Source of the DNA: Octopus sinensis
Taxonomy: Eukaryota
Length of the DNA: 64,000 nt
Direction of reading: 5' to 3'
Assembly: GCF_006345805.1 (NCBI RefSeq)
Contig: NC_043000.1
Span: 83,080,001 to 83,144,000, forward strand
A program made the position numbers and the translations under genes. How positions within the stretch are numbered: the first letter of the stretch is position 1; each line of letters begins with the position of its first letter. The notes under the pieces were generated by a model. The model saw only the letters and a list, made by a program, of their open reading frames with translations. It was not told the origin of the DNA and ran no database searches. Positions 1 to 11,849 of this stretch are shown one piece after another.

Positions 1-2235
1 TATCAACTATTTCTAGTTTTTCTCCCTGGAAAGTGACGGGAGTTGGTCTCAGAGCATTTTCGGTGTTTGTTGCTCCTGAGCATCTGCCACATACAAAAAC
101 TATCTTCCTAGTTAGCCTTCCCTTGACGTTGCTGCACCTCTTGTGTGTCCATAGCTTATACTTGGTGCATCTTATAGAGTTTCTACCTACGCCTTTCCTA
201 CAGATCGAGCAAGGCCATCTACCTAAAGGCGTTTGTGACTTGTCTACCTTCCTACTTATTAGGACTTTGGTTTTAGCTAGGTTGACTCTAAGGCCCTTCG
301 ATTCTAATCCTTGCTTCCACACCTGAAACTTCTCCTCCAGTTCTGATAGTGACTCAGCAATTAGAGCAAGGTCATCAGCATAGAGGAGCTCCCAGGGGCA
401 TCCTGTCTTGAATTCCTCCGTTATTGCCTGGAGGACTACGATAAATAGGAGGGGGCTGAGGACTGAACCTTGGTGGACCCCTACCTCTACCCGGAATTCT
501 TCACTGTACTCGTAGCCAACCCTCACCTTACTAGCAGCGTCCCTATACATGGCTTGCACAGCTCTCACTAACCATTCATCTATCCCTAATGTCCTCATTG
601 ACCACCAGATAAGAGATCGGGGGACCCTGTCGAAAGCTTTCTACATGTCAACGAAAGCCAGGTACAGGGGCTTATCTTTGGTTAGATATTTCTCCTGCAG
701 CTGTCTTACCAGGAATATGGCATCAGTGGTGCTTTTCCCTGGCATGAATCCAAACTGCATCTCATCTAAACTAACTCTCTCTCTAAATAGTTGGGCTATG
801 ACCCTCTCCATAACCTTCATTACCTGATCCAACAGCTTGATACCTGTAATTATTTGTATCTAGGGCGTCACCTTTACCTTTGTAGCAGTTGACTATTATG
901 CTGCTACACCAGTCATTGGGTATGACTCCTTCGTGTATTACCTGGTTAACTATACGGGTGACTAGGCTATAGCCTGGGCTTTCCCTGTCTTCATGCTTCT
1001 AATTGCCTCAATTACCAAGAAACTGTCAACTCGGATAGCTGGTCCCTCTGTTGGGTCGACATTCGGCAGACTCTCTTTATCCCATTCATTTTCTTCATTC
1101 AGCAACCTTTCATAGTGGCGTCTCCACACCTCTCTCTTTGCATCCTCATTTAGCGCAAGTGAACCATCATCCATGCGAACACATTTCTCTCCTACCACAT
1201 CATGATTCTCTCTCACACACTGTCTTGCAACGCGAAATACCTCAAGTCTTTGGTCCTCACGGCGCAGAACATTGGCAAATTTTTTCTTATCTGCTTCCTC
1301 TCTGGCTAAATAAACCTGTCTCCTAGCTTCTCTTTTGGCAGTCTGATACAATTCCCTGCTACCCCCATTTTTCCAGTCCTTCCAAGCCTGTCTCTTTTCT
1401 CTAATAGCCCTGTCTACAACATTGTTCCACCACCACGTTATTCTAGGTCGAGAGGGGACTTTGCACCAGACACAGATCTGGTCAGTGGCTCTCAGCAGGT
1501 TGTCCCTTAGAAACGTCCAGTTGTCTTCTACCCCCTGTGATGCTCTATCCCCTTCTACTTCGTCAAAGGTTTCAAGTAATATGTCCCTAAATCTCTGTCC
1601 ATTTGCAGGATCTTTAAGCTTCTAGATCCTTCTTCTCCATGTTGGTCGTCTTCTGGTCATCCTCTTAGTCCTGATCCTAAAGTCACTAACTACCAGTCTA
1701 TGTTGTGGGGTACATTTTTCGCCTGGGAAGGTTTTGGCATTTATAAGCAGCCATCTTTCCCTTTTCCTGGCAAGGATGTAGTCAATTTGGCTGGTATGTC
1801 GACCCGATCGGTAGGTGACTAGGTGGCTGGTAGGTTTCCTGAAGTTAGTGTTGCAAACCATGAGATCATTTGCGTCGCAGAACTCCAGGAGCCTGGTTCC
1901 CTCCTTGTTGCGGGAACCATAGCCATAGCCTCCAGGTACACCATGGAAGCCCCCAGCATGTTTTCCAACATGCCCATTGAAATCACCAGCCACAAAGAGA
2001 AGGTCTCTGTTGTTCGTCAACGAGGTAGTCTGCAGTAAGGCGTCATAGAATTGGTCTTTCTGTCCATCAGGTAGCCCTGGCTGAGGGGCATAGGCCGATA
2101 TAATGGTTGCTAATCCATGATGAAGCACTATTCTAATCTTAAGTATTCTGTCACTTACTCTGATTACCTCAAGTACCTTATCTACCCATTTTTCAGCAAG
2201 AAGTATACCCACGCCTCCAACCCCGTCAGTGTTTC
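1..2235 (-). mobile_element. RTE-clade LINE (resident family), 5'-truncated, runs off the window edge
   Basis: AP endonuclease (1622-2212, ...GDFNGHVG...SQIDYIL...QHRLVVSDF) followed by RT (YADD at ~380) and a Cys-rich CSICRKGVG..C..C finger. Has a ~50-bp deletion near 980. The 5' break abuts (TA)n at 2236. Confidence 0.95.
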
Positions 2236-2559
2236 ATATATATATATATATATATATGTACTAGGAGAAACATGTAGCATTGCTTGGGATTAAAATGGCA
2301 TAGTTTTTTATTGTTTTAATTGATTCAGTCATGTGACTGTAGCCAAGCTAGAACACCACTTTTAGTCAAAGAAATCGACACCAGGATTTATTCTTTGCAA
2401 GCCTGGTACATATTCTATCGGTATGTGTTGCCGAACGGCTAAGTTATGGAGACATAAACACAGCAACATCAGTTATTAAGTGATGGTGGGGGTACAAACA
2501 TAGACACACATGCACACACACGCAGACACACACACACACACACGTATACATATACATAC

Positions 2560-2639
2560 ATATATTAATTTATATATATACATATATATATATTTATACA
2601 TATACATATATACATACATATACATGTATATACATATGT

Positions 2640-2686
<47 letters not shown>

Positions 2687-2690
2687 TATA
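2560..2690. repeat. (TA)n-rich microsatellite
   Basis: Read directly. Other (TA)n arrays lie at 2236, 2827, 3636, 51317, 53585, 54495 and 60143. Confidence 0.95.
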
Positions 2691-2823
2691 CTGTTGTGTC
2701 TGGGGAGAGTCATTCTCTTTTGGTGCCTTATAATTTAACACACTCACCAGTAAAATTTCCAATCATTTCTTTTTCATTTTTCTAAAATTTTCATTGCGTC
2801 TTGCAACCTTTTCAATAGTTTTG

Positions 2824-2857
<34 letters not shown>

Positions 2858-3299
2858 CAAGAAATAATATTTGTCTCTTCTAATAGAAACAAAAAGGTTT
2901 ATAGGACTTAAAGAAGGGCTCAAATATAAATGAGATGAAGATAAAGAAGAATCGGTTATAGAACAAATATTAAGTTTGGGTCAACGACTTTACATACAAC
3001 ACCACCCCTCAAACATTTAACCATATATAAAAATCACCATGGTTCCAAAACACATAAAAAATAATACATATAAAATCACAGAAAGTAAAAGTATATAATC
3101 GAATAAAATACTAATAGAACAGCCTATCAAAAATTTTAAATATAAACGGCTAAACATTCAAACAAAAACTACCAAAAAACCTAATAGACAAATATGAAAT
3201 AAGTAAAGGTAAAAATAAAAATAAAATAAATATCTACCGACTAAAAAAGTTTTAGAGGCAATTAAAATATTTTTTAAAAATTAAAAAAAAATTTTTTTA

Positions 3300-3632
3300 A
3301 ATATTTATTCTGCTGATGGAAACCCCGGTTCTGAGCAGGTAAGTTCTGATACGTCTAAGGTTAGTAATGCCAACATGTTGCTCCCGCTGGGTGTATCGAA
3401 CCCCAGTAATGAGAGACGTGAAGGAGTGAATGTGGGAAATCGGACAAGTAATATTGGTAGTAGAAATAATGTTAGGAATGGCCCTGGGAAACCATGTAAT
3501 TGTAGAAACCATGGATTATGTCCCCTTGATGGGGGTCTAACTAATTACTAATGCAATTTATAAATGCGTTGTTAAGGATGAGGATAATTTAGATAAGTTT
3601 TATATAGGTTGTACAGTAAATTTTAAGGTAGG

Positions 3633-3635
<3 letters not shown>
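3300..3635 (+). mobile_element. Penelope-like element GIY-YIG endonuclease fragment
   Basis: 3478-3635 reads KPCNCRNHGLCPLDG /frameshift/ TNAIYKCVV...KFYIGCTVNFK, i.e. the CxC...CP zinc motif then IY...YIG typical of PLE nucleases. Broken off at (TA)n. The upstream boundary is approximate. Confidence 0.75.
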
Positions 3636-3672
<37 letters not shown>

Positions 3673-3699
3673 ATATATATATATGTATATATATATATA

Positions 3700-6452
3700 T
3701 GTTGGAACACTGTGGTTGACAGGGCTATTAGACAAAAGAGACAGGCTTGGAAGGACTGGAAGAACGGTGGTAGCAGGGAATGGTATCAGACAGCCAGAAG
3801 GGAAGCTAGGAGACAGGTTTATTTAGCCAGAGGGGAAGCGGATAAGAAAAATTTGCCAATGTTCTGAGCCGTGAGGATGAAAGACTTGAGGTATTTCGTA
3901 TTGCAAGACAGTGTGTGAGAGAGAATCGTGATGTGGTAGGAGAGAAGTGTGTTCGCATGGATGATGGTTCACTTGCGCTAAATGAGGATGCAAAGAGAGA
4001 GGTTTGGAGATGCCACTATGAAAGGTTGCTGAATAAAGAAAATGAATGGGATAAAGAGAGTCTGCCGAATGTTGACCCAACAGAGGGACCAGCTATCCGA
4101 GTTGATAGTTCCGTGGTAGCTAAGGCAATTAGAAGCATGAAGACAGGGAAAGCCCCAAGCCCATCAGGAATTACTGCAGAGATGCTCAAAATATCTGGCA
4201 GTGTCGGCTATAACCTAGTCACCCGTATAGTCAACCAGGTGATACACGAAGGAGTCATACCCAATGACTGGTGCAGCAGCATACTCGTCAACTGCTACAA
4301 AGGTAAAGGTGATGCCCTAGATACAAATAATTACAGAGGTATCAAGCTGTTGGATCAAGTAATGAAGGTTACGGAGAGGGTCATAGCCCAACTAATTAGA
4401 GAGAGAGTTAGTTTAGATGAGATGCAGTTTGGGTTCGTGCCAGGGAAAAGTACCACTGATGCTATATTCCTGGTAAGGCAGCTGCAGGAGAAATACCTAG
4501 CCAAAGATAAGCCCCTTACCTGGCTTTCGTTGACATGGAGAAAGCTTTTGATAGGGTCCCCCGATCCCTCATCTGGTGGTCAATGAGGAAATTAGGGATA
4601 GATGAATGGCTGGTGAGGACTGTGCAAGCCATGTACAGAGATGCCGTAAGTAAGGTTAGGGTTGGCAACATGTACACAGAAGAATTCAAAGTAGAGGTTG
4701 GGGTCCACCAGGGTTCAGTACTCAGCCCCCTCCTATTTATCATAGTACTCCAAGCAATTACGGAGGAATTCAAGACAGGCTGTCCCTGGGAGCTCCTCTA
4801 TGCTGACGACCTTGCTCTTATTGCTGAGTCACTATCAGAACTGGAGGAGAAGTTCCAGGTGTGGAAGGAGGGTTTAGAATCGAGGGGCCTTAGAGTCAAC
4901 CTAGCTAAAACCAAAGTACTAATAAGTAGGAAGATAGACAATCCACAAATGTCTTCAGGAAGATGGCCCTGCTCGATCTGTAGAAAAGGTGTAGGTAGAA
5001 ACTCTATAAGATGTACCCAGTGTAAGCTATGGACATATAAGAGGTGCAGCAATGTCAAAGGTAGGCTAACTGGGAAGATAGTTTTTGTATGTGGCAGATG
5101 CTCGGGAGCATTAACCTCCGAAAATCTGCAGAAAACAACTTCCGTCACTTTCCAGGGGGAAAAACTAGAAGTAGTTGATAGCTTCCGTTATCTAGGTGAC
5201 CAAGTCAGTAGTGGGGGTGGGTGCGCTGAAAGTGTAACTGCTAGAATAAGAATAGCCTGGGCAAAGTTTAGGGAGCTCTTACCTCTGCTGGTGACTAAAG
5301 GCCTCTTGCCCAGAGTAAAAGGTAGACTGTATGACGCATATGTACGAACAGCCATGCTACATGGCAGTGAAACATGGGCTGTGACTGCTGAGGACATGCG
5401 TAAGCTCGTGAGGAATGAAGCCAGTATGCTCCGATGGATGTGTAATGTCAGTGTACATACTCGACAGAGCGTTAGCACCTTGAGAGAAATGTTGTACCTA
5501 AGAAGCATCAGTTGTGGTGTGCAAGAGAGACGATTGCGCTGGTATGGTCATGTGGCGAGAATGGATGAAGATAGGTGTGTGAGAAAGTGCCAATCCCTAG
5601 CAGTTGAGGGAACCCGTGGAAGAGGTAGACCCAGGAAAACCTGGGACGAGGTGGTGAAGCACGACCTTCGAACTTTAGGCCTCACTGAGGAAATGACCAG
5701 CGACCGAGACCTTTGGAAATATTCTGTACGTGAGAAGACCAGGCAGGACAAGTGAGCCCAGCCCACTTATGAATGCCTTTCCTCCCTTGGACACAAAGAC
5801 CTGTTGAGGCAAGCGAAGTCGATATAGAACCTCATCCGACGACAGACACCCATGCCAACCCCCCCTGCTTGCGAAGACATGTTGGGGCAAGCGAAATCGA
5901 AACCGAATTGAACCAGCCAGGATCCCTGGTCTGGTGGTACGTAAAAAGCACTATCCGACTCGTGGCCGATGCCAGTGCCGCTTCGACTGGCTTCCGTGTC
6001 GGTGGCACGTAAAATACTCCAATCCGACCGTACGACAGGCACCCATGCCAACCCCCTTTGCTTGTGAAGACATGTTGGGGCAAGCAAAATCGAAATCGAA
6101 TTGAACCAGCCAGGATCCCTGGTCTGGTGGTACGTAAAAAGCACTATTCGACTCGTGGCCGATGCCAGCACCGCCTCGACTGGCTTCCGTGCCGGTGGCA
6201 CATAAAATACACCAATCCGACCGTGGCCGTTGCCAGCCTCGCCTGGCACCTGTGCAGGTGGCACGTAAAAAGCACCCACTACACTCACGGAGTGGTTGGC
6301 GTTAGGAAGGGCATCCAGCTGTAGAAACATTGCCAGATTAGACTGGAGCCTGGTGCAGCCTTCTGGCTTCCCAGAACCCCGGTCGAACCGTCCAACCCAT
6401 GCTAGCATGGAGAACGGACGTTAAACGATGATGATGATGATGATGATGATGA
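3700..6452 (+). mobile_element. RTE-clade LINE (same family), 5'-truncated, with complete 3' UTR and (GAT)n tail
   Basis: RT (LYADDL), Cys-rich finger and stop at 5755. Only two single-base frameshifts (~3850, ~4516). The 3' UTR holds a 193-bp tandem duplication and ends in (GAT)n at 6426-6452. Both ends abut TA-rich repeats. Confidence 0.95.
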
Positions 6453-6515
6453 TATATATGTATATATACACACAGTATATATATGTATATATACATATAT
6501 AACTCATCAGAGTTA

Positions 6516-6788
6516 TGGAGATGTACTTGCATAGCAAGTGATTTGACCTGAGATCGAGTGCTGAAATGAAAACAATTGCAGCGTAGAAGGTGTTTGTAAG
6601 CCATTTAAGAAACATACAAAAGCCATTCGATTCACTTCAACATTTAGCACGGATTTTTGTCAGTGAACAGGTCCCAGTCTTAAAGCGATGAAAATATTTT
6701 GACAAATTAAACTTAAATGTTGAAGGGAATCGAACGGCTTTTGTGTGTTTCTTAAATGGCTTACAAACACCTTCCACGCTGCAATTCT
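6516..6788. mobile_element. Fold-back element with 73-bp inverted arms and 12-bp flanking direct repeats
   Basis: Arms at 6574-6646 and 6714-6786 (4 mismatches in 73). TCATCAGAGTTA occurs at 6504-6515 and 6789-6800. Confidence 0.7.
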
Positions 6789-7261
6789 TCATCAGAGTTA
6801 GCCGATATGGAAAGGAATATGGCAACTGCTCTCTATTGTTGGAGGTGGATTAGCACAACCGATCAGTGGCAGCTGTGAAAAAGGTGGTGAAACAAAAAAA
6901 AGGGCTAGGGGATTAGGTTAAGAGTTATGTTCCTTGGTTAGCTGTGCTGTTAAGCAGGCATGAGTTATCTTGAATTGGGGAAGGTGTGTATTATTAATGT
7001 GGTGCTCATGCAAGGATGGGGTGTGTGATATGTGAAGTGGTGTCTTATGCATAATTCTATCTGGGGGTGTAGGTATATATAGCTGTGTTCATTGATTTGT
7101 TTTCTTTGTATAAAGGATAAAGTCGTGGTTTTTTTTTGTTAGCATGCTGTGTGTAATTTGTGTGTAATGTAAATGTTGGGGGTCTGTGCATGTGTGGGGA
7201 TCCAATTTGTTTGCAGGGGTAGTGGGAGACACTCTATTTTGAGGGGTGTCTGCCTTACAGA

Positions 7262-7450
7262 GATGTGTTCCCCAGATGGACGGGATGCCAGTCCATCGCA
7301 GCGTTACTCATTTTTGCCAGCTGAGTGGACTGGAGCAACATGAAATGAAGTGTTTTGCTCAAGAACACAACGCGTCACCCAGTCCAGGAATCGAAACCAC
7401 AATCTTACAATCATGATGCTGACACCCTAACCACTAAGCCATGCACCTCC
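7262..7450 (-). mobile_element. tRNA-derived SINE, family 1
   Basis: A box TGGCTTAGTGG and B box GGTTTCGATTCC, then a CORE-like body and a GCGATGGACTGG block. Related copies at ~16437-16615, 43335-43622 and 45640-45790, all on the minus strand. Confidence 0.85.
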
Positions 7451-7484
7451 ACATTTCGTAAAATATAAACTTAATTTACTTTAC

Positions 7485-7560
7485 CTGTTTTTTATTGTAT
7501 TCCACCATAGTTGCAGCTCCTTTACCTTTAATTGGAGGTTTTGGAGAAAGATTTAATTTC
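7485..7560 (-). CDS. CFAP54: CFAP54-like exon (last in window), phase 2-0
   Basis: Acceptor ctcattttag, donor gtaaag; 76 nt, (R)KLNLSPKPPIKGKGAATMVEYNKKQ. Phase 2 start fits the preceding exon; similarity to orthologues is weak. Confidence 0.68.
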
Positions 7561-7689
7561 CTAAAATGAGAATAATTCAATATTAGTAAGATAGTATCAT
7601 TTTACAAAATTGCTTACATATACCAAAATTATAGTGAAAAACCTTTAGAATTAGAAATTAACCTAATAACAAGTAAATGAAGTAAAGGA

Positions 7690-8565
7690 ATCTTGAAACT
7701 CTAGGGGAAACTCTAGGCGTTGACGATAACGAGCTAAACAGTCTGTTCGGGAAAACTTTCGGGCCGGGGGCCAATGGATAATTTCCAAAGGTCCCTCGCC
7801 TGGCAGTGCTACCAAGGGGCTCTGCCTGTTCGAGATAAACTCTACTGGCATGGAAGTGCCATCAGACGGGCCTGCCCGAGGTGCACCCAGGATGACGAAA
7901 CCATTCTGCACGCACTCGTCCAGTGCCCGAGTATTGCTAAACTATGGGTTTATGTTCAGCTACTGTCGCATAAAGGACGGATCCGGCTATCAGCTGAATC
8001 CATAGTGAGGATTGCCCCGCCGACCTCCTTTAACCAGGAGGGCAAGACAGTTTTCCTTTGCCTAGTGGCTGTAGCGAAAGAGGTGATATGGTGGACCCGT
8101 TTGAAAGGGCTAAGGTCAGACACTTTCCTCTTTGGCCAAGGCCTCATCAACTTTTTCAAGTTTCACTTGAAAAGGAAGATGAGAGTAGAGAGGGAAGTGA
8201 TGTCTGGTAGCAAGTTTATTGAAAGGTGGGTGAATGTCGCAAGAATGGCCAGTATGAACGGACCAATTCTGAGGATACACCTGTGAAAAATTAAAAGGAA
8301 ATATAAAAGGAGAAAGGGGCTCTCTACCCCCCCTTTTGACCAGGCTCCCGTGGCTTTTATGGGTTTTTCCACATGTAACCTTTCGAAGTGCCTCCCTCTA
8401 TTGGGAGTTTTAATTGTTACTTACATTTCGTTGTTATCCTGCTTTTGTACACGGATTTTTTCAAACAGACAAAACCCTTTATAACTTTCGTCCTGTGTTT
8501 TTGTCCCTTTATGTTTTAATTGATTTTTGTTAGCCCTTGTGGCCAATAAACGAACAAATTATTAT
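7690..8565 (+). mobile_element. Tx1/L1-like LINE 3' fragment
   Basis: ORF 7774-8286 has a zf-RVT-type C-terminus (LAWQCYQGALPVRDKL...CPRC..DDETILHALVQC), followed by a T-rich 3' UTR and an AATAAA at ~8550. Confidence 0.82.
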
Positions 8566-8621
8566 TATTATTATTATTATTATTATTTTTATTTTTATTA
8601 TTTTTATTATTATTATTTTTT

Positions 8622-9276
8622 CCTTCTTTCTTCAAATTTTCTTCTGTTTCTCGCTGAGTGTTTTCTGTACACCTAGGGCAGAGAAGCTCATTGTATGCAT
8701 TCCCAGATTACGCAAATTCACAGGTAAAATATGTATTTAAAAAATTAATGAATAAATAAATTCATGAATGGATGTTGTTTTCACAGTGATAATGCTTTTC
8801 TCTGTACATGAGCTGTTCCAGTTAACACAATTTTTGCACTTCCTGTAAGGATGGTAAGCCTGGTATCATCTTCAAATAGGTTTCAGTACCTTTTTTTATC
8901 ATTCCTAGAGATCCTACAATCACTGATACTTTAGTCGCCTTGAGATGCCACATTTTTTCAATTTCTATTAGCAAGTCTTTATATTTACTGATCTTGTCAA
9001 ATTCTTTCGCCGCTATATTGTGATCACAAGGAATACCCATGTCAATTAATAAACACATCCTTTTTGTCTGATCTTTTATGATAATATCTGGTTCATTAGC
9101 TTTTATAGTTTTGTCGGTATGTATGGGTAAGTCCCATAGAATCGACACATTTTCTCTTTCAGTCACAGTTTCAGGATGGTGTTTATACCATTTGTCAGCG
9201 GTTTTGATTTTATAATGCTGACATATTGTCCAGTGTAAATACTGGCCGACTCTGTCATGGCTTGCTTTATATTCTA
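8622..9276 (-). mobile_element. R4/Dong-like LINE 3' fragment (family E)
   Basis: RHD..QYLHW...ILWDLPIHTD...PDIIIKD...LIDMGIP...KISKYKDL restriction-like endonuclease. (TAA)n lies on both sides (8569-8621 and 9277-9325). Confidence 0.85.
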
Positions 9277-9277
9277 C

Positions 9278-9324
<47 letters not shown>

Positions 9325-9325
9325 G

Positions 9326-9610
9326 AGTGAGAGAGCAGCGCATGCCATCAAAGTAACACTGGGGTAAAATATATGAAGTCCAGTATACCCATCATGCCTA
9401 CCTATCTGATAAGGATACACCAGGCACATGTACTGCAACCATATGTGCATGACATGGTGATCCTATATCAAGATAAACAGCACATGACTTTGTAGGTGGG
9501 ACCCAGTATGAATTTTCTTCAGGTCAAGTAGCCCATCCCACTCAAAAGCTCTCTGAATAAGGTTTGTTTAAGAATGTTGAACGAAACATCTCTGTTTCCA
9601 AAGGTGAACT
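9326..9610 (-). mobile_element. 3' half of a ~550-bp non-coding interspersed element
   Basis: Reverse complement of ~34315-34600. Its 3' end (...CTCTCACTC) runs directly into (TAA)n. Confidence 0.8.
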
Positions 9611-9624
9611 GTGCCTACAGTAGA

Positions 9625-9655
<31 letters not shown>

Positions 9656-9689
9656 TAATGATAATAATAATAATAATAATAAACATAAT

Positions 9690-11538
9690 TGTTTATCCTT
9701 AATACCTCTCTCAAAGCTGCTCAATGACGCGCAGTACGGGTATAAAATGTTTGATAAAAATATAAATCATCTCGTTTACATGGATGATTTAAAGCTTTTT
9801 GCTAAAAATGACGAACAACTCAAGGGCTTACTAGCGATAGTCAAACAATTCAGTGACGACATCAGAATGCAATTCGGCCTCGATAAATGTGCAAAGGCTA
9901 CCTTTATCAAAGGAAAAATGACAGAAACATCTAACGTTAACCTTGACCAACAGAATGTCATAAAAGAACTAGACCCAGCGGAGAGCTACAAGTACCTAGG
10001 GGTAATTGAAGGGAACGGAATAAGGCATTCAGAGATGAAGGAAAGGATCAGGAGAGAATGCTATCGAAGAGTGAGAGCAATACTCAAGACAGAGCTGAAT
10101 GCAAGAAACAGGATCGAAGCGATCAATGCATTAGCCACACCAGTCGTGACTTACAGTTTCAATATTGTTAACTGGTCAATTACTGAAATATGTCAGCTCG
10201 ACAGAAAAATAAGGAAACTGTTGACAATGCATAGAATGCACCACCCTAAGGCAGATACAGAACGACTCTATCTGCCAAGAAAAGAGGGAGGCCGTGGTCT
10301 TTTGCAACTGGCAATAACAATGAAGATTGCTACAATTGGCCTAGACACCTACCTGAAAAACTCTGAGGACTGGATGTTAAAACTTGTCTCAAAACATGAA
10401 AACAAGAAAGCATCATACTCAGTCACAAAACAGGCAAAGGAATATCTAAGTGAATTCCGAATACAACCAATTTCGGAATTAGAGATAAATATACAAGAAA
10501 CAAGCACAGAAAAAGCTAGGCGCATGAAAACCCGTGCCAAAACTGCGGCCTTAGATATTCTGAATAATAAATGGCAAGAAAAACCTCTCTATGGCAAATA
10601 CCCAAAGAGAGCGAATAATGCAGATATCGACAAAGCCCTGACCCATCAATGGCTAATGGCCTCTGGCTTAAAATCTGAAACAGAGGGGTTTATCATAGCA
10701 GCTCAAGATCAATGCCTACCAACAAGAAACTACCAGGCCAACATATTAAAGAACGGCAGTAGCCCAACATGTCGTGTATGCCGACAACAAAATGAAACCA
10801 TTGACCATGTTGTCTCCAAATGCAGTCTTCTAGCGCCTACAGAGTACCTCAGTAGGCATGATAGAGCTGCACAATATATTCACTGGGTAATTTGCAAAAA
10901 CCTGGATTTGCCCCATGAAAAAAACTGGTGGGAACACAATCCACCTCCTGTGCTTGAAAATGACCACATCTCACTCCTCTGGAACTTCACCATTCAAACT
11001 GACAGGAAGATAGATGCAAATAGGCCAGACATTATATTGAAAGACTTCAGACAAAGAACATGCCTCCTCATTGATATGACTGTCCCAATCGATATAAACG
11101 TATCTGTCATGACCTACCAAAAACTGAGCAAATATAAAGATCTTGAAATAGAAATCAGCAAAATGTGGAAGCTGAAGACTAAAACAATACCTGTTGTCAT
11201 AGGTGCCCTGGGAATGATAGCGAAAGGGACTGATTGCTACCTAACTCAGATACCAGGAAACCCCAAAATGGCAGAAATTCAAAAGATAGTGCTCATGGGA
11301 ACTGCTCATATCCTACGCAAAATACTCTCTATGTAATCCCAAGGTTTAAAACAAACTTTTTTTTATTTATTTATTTATTTTTTTTTATGTATTAGACATT
11401 CACTAGTACAACACCAGAAAAAAAAAAAGAAAAAAACCCCCAAATATATGGCACAGAACTTCTAACCTGTTGTCTCTTGAGGTCTCTGGGTGAGACTTGG
11501 AGCCAACTTGTACAGACATAAAGCAAAAGTCAAACATA

Positions 11539-11540
<2 letters not shown>
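9690..11540 (+). mobile_element. R4/Dong-like LINE (family A, copy 1), 5'-truncated
   Basis: Uninterrupted 529-aa ORF 9747-11336 with YMDDLKLF, CCHC (CRVC...IDHVVSKC) and RLE (RPDII...LID..VP..K..KY.DL). The 3' UTR ends in (AAT)n and the 5' break abuts (AAT)n. Confidence 0.95.

Positions 11541-11607
<67 letters not shown>
11541..11607. repeat. (AAT)n-(ATT)n palindromic microsatellite
   Basis: (AAT)10 joins directly to (ATT)12, with the centre at 11570/11571. Confidence 0.95.
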
Positions 11608-11608
<1 letters not shown>

Positions 11609-11800
11609 AAATTTAACTTCTCAGAACACTCCATCTTACTTATTCTGGTTAATTCAGTGAGAGTGGACAGCAACCTATTGTCTCTCTCAGAGTCTCTTTC
11701 CACAAATTATAAGACTTGGCACTTAGATGCTAAGTATTGTGAAAGATACCTAACACCCAAGCACCAATCTCAAACTCCTCACAATCCTCAGCAGAGCAGT
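11608..11800 (-). mobile_element. LINE 3' end (family D, probably Dong-like); second copy at ~12911-13200
   Basis: Two similar 3' UTR remnants, each running into a (TAA)n array. The longer copy retains a GALTTKFEKY-type C-terminus. Confidence 0.6.
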
Positions 11801-11849
11801 TTTTTGAGCATGTCCTATTATTATTTTCATATACACTCAACAGATGAGA

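Noticed and set aside
5835-6290. Repeat-spacer appearance suggesting a CRISPR-like array
   Set aside because: The context is eukaryotic, the units are 193-bp tandem copies within a LINE UTR, there are no unique spacers and no cas genes.
5767-6408. 213-aa minus-strand ORF and similar ORFs at 60103-60519 and 57212-57670
   Set aside because: They are antisense reads of RTE 3' UTR/tail repeats, with no domain or splice support.
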